Below, in pieces: positions 8,848 through 17,055 of a DNA stretch of 40,484 nucleotides (position 1 is its first letter; each line of letters opens with the position of its first letter). Below the pieces are notes generated by a model. It ran no database searches. It saw only the letters and a list, made by a program, of their open reading frames with translations, and was not told the origin of the DNA. The position numbers and the translations under genes are program-made. Source of the DNA: Promethearchaeota archaeon (GTDB lineage: Archaea > Asgardarchaeota > Lokiarchaeia > Sigyniarchaeales > SOKP01); contig JBHLME010000028.1 in NCBI GenBank assembly GCA_048938445.1, positions 1 through 40,484 of the forward strand. The letters run 5' to 3'.

Positions 8848-10353
8848 ATGTCATTTTCAAAACCACTTAAAATTAGAAAGTTGCCATCTTTAAAGGAAGA
8901 AGTAAGAGTAAATATAAAAGATCTTAAGAAACTTTTATTTAACTCTGAATCCAATGAAAGTTGGAGTCTAAATAAATCAATTCTTGGATCTTATGCATAT
9001 AAAATTCTTAAAGAACTGATTAAAATTCGGATTAATTATGGAATTTTGAATAATATTAGAAAAACATTTGCCCAAATAGGAATTAAAAATATTTTAAATA
9101 TACTTTTACTACAAATACACTTACTTGATGAAATGTCAAAAATCAATAGAAAATTTATAAAGCAAGGGTGGAAACCACCTAATTTGATATATGAAAACAA
9201 AACTCCATTTTATACAATTAAAGAAGCTCAAAAAGAAGACGGAATGACGTCCTATGAGCGATTTAATACCGCAATTCAGCTAAAAGAGCCAGATAGGATT
9301 CCCATAACACCTTTAATGGACTACTACTATGCTGCAAATAATAACATGTCTGCAAAAGAATTTGTTCTCGCACCTTTTGAAAGAGTGTTTAATGCGGTAA
9401 GAAATACTTATAATCGTTTTAATGGAGTTCTGGATATGGTACATGTTCCCATGGGGCGCCTTTACGCTTTTTATAACATGCTACCATTAGCTCAGTCGGG
9501 ATATTATGGGGAGCTAATTTATCCTGATGAAGTACCTAGTTCTTTACAATTTATCGAAAAAGGATACATTGACGTAAAAGATTTTAATCAAATCAAGAAA
9601 AATGGTCTAAAATCCATATGGAAACCAGTTAATCTCGAAAAAATTACCGATACTCAAGCAGATATAATAAAAATCGGTAAATTTATTAATTACTGGGAAA
9701 AGGATAAGAAAGTTCCTGTTTATGCGTCTAGTGGTATTATAACACCCTTAGAAGGGTTATGTTATTTAATGGGAATTAAAAATTGGTCAAAAGCGATAAT
9801 TAAAAATAAAGAAGAAGTTAAAGAAATATGTGATTTATTTCTTAAAGGGATGATGGCAAATAATCTAATGATGTATCTATTTACTCAGGTAAAAAGAACG
9901 TATGTTTGTTTAGAGCGTGTCAGTTCTACCTTTCTTTCTCCGAAGAATTTTGAGGAATTAGTGCTTCCTAGCTTGCTTACTATAATTAAATCGAACGTGA
10001 GGAATGGATTAACGACAGTGTTTCATATGGATACGGATTGGACACCATTTTTTCATTATTTCCTAGAATTTCCTAAAAATGGGAAATACATTTTACATTT
10101 AGAAGATTCAGACATCTTTAAAGCTAAAGAAATGTTAGGTGATAGGTTTTGTTTGATGGGCAATATTCAAACTAAACTCCTTCGATTTGGAACAGAAAAA
10201 CAGATTGAGGATTATACAAGAAAATTAATAGAGATTTGCGGTGCAGGAGGCGGATATTTAATGGCAGAAGGATGTGAAGTCGCTCCAGATACCCCAATGA
10301 GAAATATGAAAGTATGGATTGAAACCACTTTAAAATATGGTAAATATTCATAA
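8848..10353 (+). CDS. Uroporphyrinogen decarboxylase / MtaA-CmuA methyltransferase-family protein with ~130-aa N-terminal extension
   Basis: MTSYERF...EPDRIP, FLSPKNFEELVLP, FHMDTDW, AKEMLGDRFCLMGNI, GGGYLMAEGCEVAPDTP. Confidence 0.82.
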   Translation: MSFSKPLKIRKLPSLKEEVRVNIKDLKKLLFNSESNESWSLNKSILGSYAYKILKELIKIRINYGILNNIRKTFAQIGIKNILNILLLQIHLLDEMSKINRKFIKQGWKPPNLIYENKTPFYTIKEAQKEDGMTSYERFNTAIQLKEPDRIPITPLMDYYYAANNNMSAKEFVLAPFERVFNAVRNTYNRFNGVLDMVHVPMGRLYAFYNMLPLAQSGYYGELIYPDEVPSSLQFIEKGYIDVKDFNQIKKNGLKSIWKPVNLEKITDTQADIIKIGKFINYWEKDKKVPVYASSGIITPLEGLCYLMGIKNWSKAIIKNKEEVKEICDLFLKGMMANNLMMYLFTQVKRTYVCLERVSSTFLSPKNFEELVLPSLLTIIKSNVRNGLTTVFHMDTDWTPFFHYFLEFPKNGKYILHLEDSDIFKAKEMLGDRFCLMGNIQTKLLRFGTEKQIEDYTRKLIEICGAGGGYLMAEGCEVAPDTPMRNMKVWIETTLKYGKYS

Positions 10354-10468
10354 TAATATTTTGTTTTGCTTTGATTAATAAAAAAATAATTTTATAATGA
10401 TCAAAAAGCTAATGGTACCAACCTAAAAAATTAAAAAAAAAAACAATATAATGTTAATAATTCCACAC

Positions 10469-10744
10469 TCATACCTCTGATATAGTAATTAAAGATTGAT
10501 TTTTAGTTAATTCATTTAACATGCTATCGATTATTGTTCCATAATCTGCTATTTCTAGCTTGATTAACCTGTTTTTAAAAGAATTATTGATAACTTTATA
10601 TAAATCACCATAATTTACTGATCTTAACTCAACAAAAGCCCCTAACTCTTCTTTTATAGATAATTTTAACAACCCCCTAGCTGCTGTAGGGCTAATACCA
10701 ATTTCTTTTGCTAAGAATTCTCCCAAATATCTAATAATTTCCAT
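10469..10744 (-). CDS. Small helical hypothetical protein
   Basis: 91-aa ORF with AGGAG SD upstream; plausible composition; resembles 16303..16668. Confidence 0.7.
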   Translation of the reverse strand: MEIIRYLGEFLAKEIGISPTAARGLLKLSIKEELGAFVELRSVNYGDLYKVINNSFKNRLIKLEIADYGTIIDSMLNELTKNQSLITISEV

Positions 10745-11064
10745 TAAAACTCCTAATTATCAATTAAATTCTTAATTATGTAATTAGTTTAATCATTACA
10801 TTCCAAATTATATTCTTGAATAGATTTGATTGGATTAATCTAAATATTGTATTTATCCAATTTAATATACAAATTTTGTTATATAATCTTATCTTTTATC
10901 AAACATGAATGGACATAAAAATGTATAAAAAAATCACTAGCAAGACAGTAATTTTAAGGTTTTTATGATAGCGTTTGAATATAACTAATTTTATGAATTT
11001 TTTATTTAACATTAAACACCATTGTTCAATAGAAAAGTATCTTTTTATAGGGGCTATATCTCAT

Positions 11065-12054
11065 CTATATAATTTTCAATCGTTCTAATAATCCAGTAAC
11101 TAAAATTGGTAACGCAATTGTAGCATCACACCATATGCTAACGTATTTCGAATCTAAGGAATATTTTCCCCATGATTTTGATTCAGAAATAGTGCATCCT
11201 GAAAGCCCACCATCATATTCCATCGCAGTGTGGATACGGACAGAATAATTATAACCCATTGTTTCAATATTATCAATCTGTTCTAACAAAGGAAATACTT
11301 GTTGAGCCCAATTTCTTGGTACACCCCCTCCAATTATTAGTGTTCCGCATTCTTTTGTTCTTCTAATGATGTCTGCAAATCGACTGACATCGCCAAGAAT
11401 ATCAAATTGAAAATCATAACCTTCTCTAACCATATATTTAATGAGATTGAGTGCAAATTCAGAATCTGAAAACGCAGGAACAAAAATAGGAATATCATTA
11501 TCAGCCGCAACTGAAAGAATACATCTACTTTGAATATTTTTCCCAATCACATTCAATAACTCTGAAGGTGTTGTAATTACTTCTTTTTTTGTATAGATTT
11601 GATGAATAATTTCTAAAAGTTTATTCTCCGCTAATTTATAGTTCTCTTCGGGAAGAAAAACATCATAAATACGATTTATTCTATTCTCAAATAAATCATC
11701 ATCCGAAACTTCCGAGCTTCCTACATAATGCCCGATACCAGAAACAACATCAACTAAGTCATGTATGATGTTTGCTCCAGTAGTAACCAAAACATCGATT
11801 AATTTATTTTCCATTAAGACGCAAATTAAATCTCCCATTCCTGCAGGCACCATTGCCCCACTTAATGTCAGTACAGTTAGAATTTCTCTATTTGTTACCA
11901 TTTTTTCCAGAATATCAAGACTCCTTCCTAGATTTCTTCCTTGAAAACCGCAGAATTTTAAATTTTCCAAGAGATCACTAATTTTTTTAACCGATTTTAC
12001 ATCAAAAGGTGCAATTTTTTTGATTAAATAATCTTTATGTTCATTAGGAGGCAT
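11065..12054 (-). CDS. dys: Deoxyhypusine synthase family protein
   Basis: GFQGRNLG, SGAMVPAG, VTTGAN, INRIYD, PAFSDS, GGGVP, DGGLSGC..SESKSWGK (catalytic Lys), DATIALP. Confidence 0.92.
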   Translation of the reverse strand: MPPNEHKDYLIKKIAPFDVKSVKKISDLLENLKFCGFQGRNLGRSLDILEKMVTNREILTVLTLSGAMVPAGMGDLICVLMENKLIDVLVTTGANIIHDLVDVVSGIGHYVGSSEVSDDDLFENRINRIYDVFLPEENYKLAENKLLEIIHQIYTKKEVITTPSELLNVIGKNIQSRCILSVAADNDIPIFVPAFSDSEFALNLIKYMVREGYDFQFDILGDVSRFADIIRRTKECGTLIIGGGVPRNWAQQVFPLLEQIDNIETMGYNYSVRIHTAMEYDGGLSGCTISESKSWGKYSLDSKYVSIWCDATIALPILVTGLLERLKII

Positions 12055-12406
12055 GTTATTTTCTAATTTTTTTTATTTATTATAATAATTAATCAAAAAG
12101 CTAATTAAAATTTTGCTTGCATATTCATCCTTAAAAGCTAATGAATATATTTTTTTAAACAAGTGAGATATTTTTTAATCATTTAAATACATCTTAAATT
12201 TTTACTTTTTATAAAATAAAGTCTATACAATCCATCAATTCTTTAAAAAAAAAAATATTAGAATTTAATCTTCTAAATTGGTTTATAAAATAAACTTTAG
12301 AATCAAGTGATTTAATAATATACTTTCGTTTTCAGAAAATTTAAAAATTAATGATACATGTTAGAAATATAACAAATAAAATATTTTGTAATAGGGTTTT
12401 TTTAAA

Positions 12407-12955
12407 ATGTCGCTAGTTCCAAAAGCAGTATTTTTTGTAAAGGGTATTGGATACCATAAATCTAAATTAGGTTCATTTGAACAAGCTTTGCGAGATGCTG
12501 GTATCGCACAATTTAATTTAGTTAAGGTTAGTTCGATATTACCTCCATATTGTCTTGAAATTCCGCAAGAAGATGGTTTAGCACAATTAAGAGACGGTCA
12601 AATTGTGTTTAATGTCATGAGTAGGGCTAGCAGTAATGAATTTAACCGACTTATATCAGCGTCTATAGGGGTTGCGAAACCAGCGGATCAAAGAACTTAT
12701 GGTTATTTGAGTGAACACCATGCTTTTGGGGTCACACCTGAAAGAGCTGGAGAATTTGCCGAAGATTTAGCAGCAGAATTATTGGCAACGACTTTAGGAG
12801 TTCAATTTGATCCTGAAGCTGATTATGATGAGAAAAAAGAAATTTTCAAGGTGGATGGTAAAATTATAGAAACAAAGAACATTACAGTATCCGCTACAGT
12901 TAAAAGTGAGGGAGAATGGTTAACTGTGCTTTCAGCAGCTGTTTTCATTCTATGA
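12407..12955 (+). CDS. pdaD: Pyruvoyl-dependent arginine decarboxylase
   Basis: VPK..FFVKG.G, SFEQALRDAGIAQFNLVKVSSILPP (Ser-Ser autocleavage site), YGYLSEHH, AEDLAAELLATTLG. Confidence 0.93.
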   Translation: MSLVPKAVFFVKGIGYHKSKLGSFEQALRDAGIAQFNLVKVSSILPPYCLEIPQEDGLAQLRDGQIVFNVMSRASSNEFNRLISASIGVAKPADQRTYGYLSEHHAFGVTPERAGEFAEDLAAELLATTLGVQFDPEADYDEKKEIFKVDGKIIETKNITVSATVKSEGEWLTVLSAAVFIL

Positions 12956-13146
12956 TTATAAAATGTTATACTTTCTATAAATATTACTTTAAAGATTTAT
13001 TCTTTTAAGGCAATTTAAATTTCATTTTTCATTGATGCCAATTTCTTTTTATCACGATTCCGTGATTTAGGACGCTTTCATTAACTTTAATTTCTTAAAA
13101 AAATATTAAAAGTTAATGAGATAGTTATTTATTAAGAGAATAAAAA

Positions 13147-13626
13147 ATGCCTTTAAGAATTCGTTGGAAATCGGGAGAATATCTCCCTTTTGCATTAATG
13201 ATGTTCGGAATGTGTGGTTTATTCCAATTGATTTTTATATTTATAGCTCAATATTTTTTAGATATTGGTAATTATTTTATCATTATCATCATTCCTATTG
13301 CGGTTACCGCAGCATTATATTATTCTTCAAAAATCATTTTTGAAAGTTATGCACAGATTGAAAGAAGAAATAAATTGAAAAGCCAATTTCGAAAAGCAAA
13401 AATAAGCGAAACAAGAATTAAAAAGATACTCGAATTCCCAATTTCTAAACCTATCTTGGTTACTTTTGGAATTTTTACATTTCTGTTTATTATTGGATAT
13501 ATAATATGTATATTGTTTTCAGATAGCATGGTTTCCTTTTTAATAGCGGAAAATGCAGGTGCAATAGCATGTTTAGTATTTGCGGACTATTTTGAGAAAA
13601 ATTATGGAAAAATTAGGAGATTCTAA
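13147..13626 (+). CDS. Four-TM membrane protein, unknown function
   Basis: Two hydrophobic hairpins separated by a basic loop. Confidence 0.75.
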   Translation: MPLRIRWKSGEYLPFALMMFGMCGLFQLIFIFIAQYFLDIGNYFIIIIIPIAVTAALYYSSKIIFESYAQIERRNKLKSQFRKAKISETRIKKILEFPISKPILVTFGIFTFLFIIGYIICILFSDSMVSFLIAENAGAIACLVFADYFEKNYGKIRRF

Positions 13627-14013
13627 AATATTCGAATTAAAAGTGTGATAAAGCTATAGTTCGATTAATAGCTCTTTTTGGACTTTTCAACAATATTAAT
13701 TCATTTTAATACTAGGTCTTTTCTTATTGTGAAATATATTTTTTATCAAATTTACTTTAAAGTTAAATTTTTAAGGTCAAATAAAAGCTCTGCTAAAATG
13801 ATTTTCATGTATTTAATATAGATTTATATTTACGATAATTGAATATTATTATGTATCGAAAAAAAACAAATAACTTTGAATATTAAATCATCATTAAAAA
13901 ATTATATAACAATATCCACATAGATATCTAAGTATAAGTTTGAAAACAGAGCAGGTGTGTTAGATTAGGAAATGGAATATTTTTTCCGAGAAATAGGGGG
14001 TTAAATATATCAT

Positions 14014-14553
14014 ATGAAGGATCTTCATTACCGATTTAAAATAATTGTAGCAGGAGATGGTGGGGTGGGAAAGACTACTCTAATATATCGTTATGTAGAT
14101 GGTACATTTAAATCCAATACTAGCATGACAATTGGTATCCAGTTTCATCAAAAATTTATAGATCTTAATGATAATACTACATGTGAATTATTGCTGTGGG
14201 ATCTTGGAGGACAAGACCATTTTCGTGCTATTTTAAAGAGATTCGTTAAAGGTTCCCATGGAGCATTGTTAATGTTTGATTTATCAAGGATTATAACGTT
14301 GTTTAACCTTGATGAATGGATGGAACTTCTTAGCGACTCCGAACCAGATATTCCAATTGTCCTCATAGGCGGGAAAGCAGATTTACTAGAAAAGGGTGTT
14401 TTCCCTTATCAAGATAAACTACTAGAATTTAAAGAAAAATATAATTTTGAAAATGTTATATTTGTATCTTCAAAGACAGGAGAGAATGTTAATGAAGTAT
14501 TTGAATTTATAACTAAAGAAATTATTAAAAGTCATGATTCTAATGATAAATAG
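14014..14553 (+). CDS. Rab/Ras-superfamily small GTPase
   Basis: FKIIVAGDGGVGKTT (G1), TIG (G2), LWDLGGQ (G3), GKAD (G4 variant), SSKTGENV (G5); no C-terminal Cys prenylation motif. Confidence 0.93.
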   Translation: MKDLHYRFKIIVAGDGGVGKTTLIYRYVDGTFKSNTSMTIGIQFHQKFIDLNDNTTCELLLWDLGGQDHFRAILKRFVKGSHGALLMFDLSRIITLFNLDEWMELLSDSEPDIPIVLIGGKADLLEKGVFPYQDKLLEFKEKYNFENVIFVSSKTGENVNEVFEFITKEIIKSHDSNDK

Positions 14554-14778
14554 AAATTTAATTTTTTTGCCTTAACAAATTTAATGAAATTAAAGTTGGA
14601 ATCCGATACGGCACAATGGTTTTAGAACTATAATCCTTTTTCTTTCTTTTTTTATATAAAATATGAAAACTTTTAATAAAATAAGCAAAAAATTTAATTT
14701 AAATGAAAAAGAAGTTTTCATTATTTTATCACTGAATATATATCTAATTTAATTATATTATTTATAGGGTGATGAAAA

Positions 14779-15201
14779 ATAAGATTTTTATCATTTCATG
14801 TAGAATATTTTAATTACAAAGTCACAAAAAAAGGACGTTCTAAGGTTTTTGAGGAAATTACAGAAGAAAATAAAAAAAATCAAGTTGAGAATGCAATAAT
14901 TCTTTTTATTAGTATGGAAAAGCAGGATGAAAAAAGTTCAGGATTATTAGATAGAGCTGTAATTGAAATAGAAAATATTTGCGAACAATTAAAAAACTCT
15001 AATATAGTACTTTTACCATTTGCTCATCTTTTTGGTCAGCTAAGTTCTTTAAATTATGCTTTTGAATCTTTTAAAAAAATTGAATCAATGCTAAAATTAA
15101 AAGATTATAACGTAATACGTCTTCCATTTGGATGGTTTAATGAATTAGAAATGAAAGCTAAAGGACATCCACTATCACGAATTTCCCGGATAATAGAATA
15201 A
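14779..15201 (+). CDS. Free-standing archaeal threonyl-tRNA synthetase editing-domain protein; true start upstream of the ORF-track ATG
   Basis: In-frame upstream read IRFLSFHVEYFNYKVTKK...ENAIILFISMEKQDE plus LPFAHL and R.PFGWF..LEMKAKGHPLSRISR match the archaeal ThrRS editing domain. Confidence 0.8.
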   Translation: MRFLSFHVEYFNYKVTKKGRSKVFEEITEENKKNQVENAIILFISMEKQDEKSSGLLDRAVIEIENICEQLKNSNIVLLPFAHLFGQLSSLNYAFESFKKIESMLKLKDYNVIRLPFGWFNELEMKAKGHPLSRISRIIE

Positions 15202-15350
15202 ATCATTTAATATGGTAAATTTACTTAGTAGCAATTCTATTTCGCTAAAAAAATAAGTAAACAATTATATATTAAAATTTTTAGTTTTTATCTTTTTTTG
15301 TTCTATTACATCACTCTCAATTAAAATTAGCGACATTAAAAAATAAGATA

Positions 15351-15426
15351 TTTTATTACGTTAATGTTAGAAACAATTTTATTCGTTAATAACAAATTAG
15401 AAACACGTATTTTTATTCTTAACACG
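15351..15426. repeat. Imperfect direct repeats TTTTATT(A)CGTTAAT..TTAGAAACA
   Basis: Two clear and one degenerate copy upstream of the 15500 ORF. Confidence 0.4.
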
Positions 15427-15499
15427 CATTAAATATTTACTTTAAAAGAATTAAAATAACGCCCTAAATAATTTTCAAACAAAATAAAGGTAAAATGAA

Positions 15500-15769
15500 A
15501 TGAGGATTAAAATATTATTCCATATTTTAGCAATATTTTTATTTCTTTTTGGATGTGTTGTTTTACATGTTGTTGTAAATTCTGAGGAAATATTTGTAAT
15601 TTTTTTTGGAATTTTCTTACCAAGAGCATTTTTCTTTGATCTTGCCATTGTGGTTATTGGTATTGCATTTTTTATAGAATTCTTCATGACATTCAAACCA
15701 ATAAAAATTATTAATTTTTCCCTTCTTGATAAAGATTTGAATAATATGAACGAGAACAGTAATGTCTAA
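15500..15769 (+). CDS. Small two-TM membrane protein
   Basis: Two Phe/Ile-rich hydrophobic segments and a polar tail. Confidence 0.55.
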   Translation: MRIKILFHILAIFLFLFGCVVLHVVVNSEEIFVIFFGIFLPRAFFFDLAIVVIGIAFFIEFFMTFKPIKIINFSLLDKDLNNMNENSNV

Positions 15770-15802
15770 TCACGTCATATAATCTAAAAAAAATGCATTA
15801 AT

Positions 15803-15826
15803 TTCGTGAAATCCACCTTTCACGAA
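15803..15826. other. Perfect 9-bp inverted repeat (terminator or operator candidate)
   Basis: TTCGTGAAA-TCCACC-TTTCACGAA between convergent small ORFs. Confidence 0.5.
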
Positions 15827-15926
15827 TTTATGTTGGTTAGGTAAAATAAAAGTTATACTAATATATCTTTTTTAACAAATAACATTCCGAATGTCCTTTT
15901 CAAAAAATCAGACCAAGATTGATATC

Positions 15927-16121
15927 TTATAAATATTTATCGTAAGAGTCATCATAATCTAGTGATTCATCATATTCACCATATTCATACCATTCATCAT
16001 CATCGAATTTTAAATCGAAATACTCATCATCTTCATAATCGTCCCAATCTTTAGCCAGAGAGAGCCAAATAGAACACTTATATATGGTACAAAGAGGAAA
16101 TGCTAATTGTTTAAATTTCAT
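15927..16121 (-). CDS. Small protein with Cys pair and Asp/Glu/Tyr-rich tail
   Basis: FPLCTIYKCSIW then DWDDYEDDEYFDLKFDDDEWYEYGEYDESLDYDDSY; strong compositional bias in one frame. Confidence 0.45.
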   Translation of the reverse strand: MKFKQLAFPLCTIYKCSIWLSLAKDWDDYEDDEYFDLKFDDDEWYEYGEYDESLDYDDSYDKYL

Positions 16122-16170
16122 ACAGAAAAGTAATAATAAATTACTTTATCCTTAGTTTTATATAATAAAT

Positions 16171-16242
16171 ATAAGAATTCTTTTAATAATATAAGAATTC
16201 TTTTAATAATATAAGAACTCTTTTAATAATATTGAAATTCTT
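16171..16242. repeat. 20-bp tandem repeat ATAAGAATTCTTTTAATAAT, 3 copies plus a degenerate partial
   Basis: 16171-16190 and 16191-16210 identical, 16211-16230 has one mismatch; core palindrome AAGAATTCTT. Confidence 0.9.
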
Positions 16243-16302
16243 GATATTAAAAATCTAAATTTTTCAAAAAATTTAAAAATAAATTATTTTACTTTTTGTT
16301 TT

Positions 16303-16668
16303 ATGAGTGAATTAATATTTAATAAAAAGATAATTAAAGAAGCGGAAAATGACTTCAAAAAAATTAATTTAACAAAAATAGCAAGAGAAAACTTAGATCA
16401 AACTGCTCAAATATTTGCACAGTACTTACCCATTTCAGAGATGGCGCTGAAGGGATTCATTTTGTATTGTATGCAGGAATATCAAGTAAAAAATAAAATA
16501 GACCTATCTTCCTTTTATGATTCAACTCCAGAGGAAAAAAAGAAAATAATAGGCAGTATGGCGGAGTTATTACAAGCGCGTTTAACTAAATTACTCATTA
16601 AACCAGAACAAAAACCTATATTAGATAATGCTTTCAATGAAGTAATAAAATTTTTAAAAACTCTCTAA
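16303..16668 (+). CDS. Helical hypothetical protein
   Basis: 121-aa ORF with typical composition; shares motifs with 10469..10744. Confidence 0.75.
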   Translation: MSELIFNKKIIKEAENDFKKINLTKIARENLDQTAQIFAQYLPISEMALKGFILYCMQEYQVKNKIDLSSFYDSTPEEKKKIIGSMAELLQARLTKLLIKPEQKPILDNAFNEVIKFLKTL

Positions 16669-16795
16669 ATATTTGCTTTTTTAAAATATTATTAAAGAAT
16701 AGGATGATTAATTTTTTTTTTCAAAATTTCGAATACAATCAACTTAGTTATTTATAAAAAAATAGAAAACATTTTATATATGATAATATAAATAG

Positions 16796-16927
16796 TGCGC
16801 CCTCCGGGGATCGAACCCGGGTCACCTTCAACAATCAAGACGATTTGTCTCGTTTTAGGTTGGCAACCTGTTTTACCCTTTCAATGCTGATTTGAAAAGG
16901 GTATACTGGCCACTATACTAAGAGCGC
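16796..16927 (-). tRNA. tRNA-Gly(GCC) with two non-canonical introns (16871-16900 at position 27/28; 16827-16856 at 41/42); CCA not encoded
   Basis: Removing both 30-nt inserts gives a 72-nt cloverleaf GCGCTCT TA GTAT AGTGGCCA GTAT A CCAGG TTGCCAA CCTGG TGAC CCGGG TTCGATC CCCGG AGGGCGC A; both junction pairs form bulge-helix-bulge-like motifs. Confidence 0.92.
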
Positions 16928-17055
16928 AGTTTTGTGATATTTAAAATACATTAAAGAATTAAAATTTATTGTTTCTAATAACCTAGTTGGATCTTAAGTC
17001 GAGTAAACTTACATTTTATTAAGATTAAAAAAAGATAATATTAAAAGAGTAAATT

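Noticed and set aside
13015-13077. Basic minus-strand peptide KRPKSRNRDKKKLASMKNEI and hairpin ATCACG-ATTC-CGTGAT
   Set aside because: No in-frame start codon; no match to eL41; the 6-bp stem is too short to call a SECIS or ncRNA
16171-16242. Possible CRISPR array
   Set aside because: Units are directly adjacent with no unique spacers and no cas genes
8400-17050. Integrated element or att sites at the two tRNAs
   Set aside because: No integrase or transposase, and no repeat of either tRNA 3' end seen in the window
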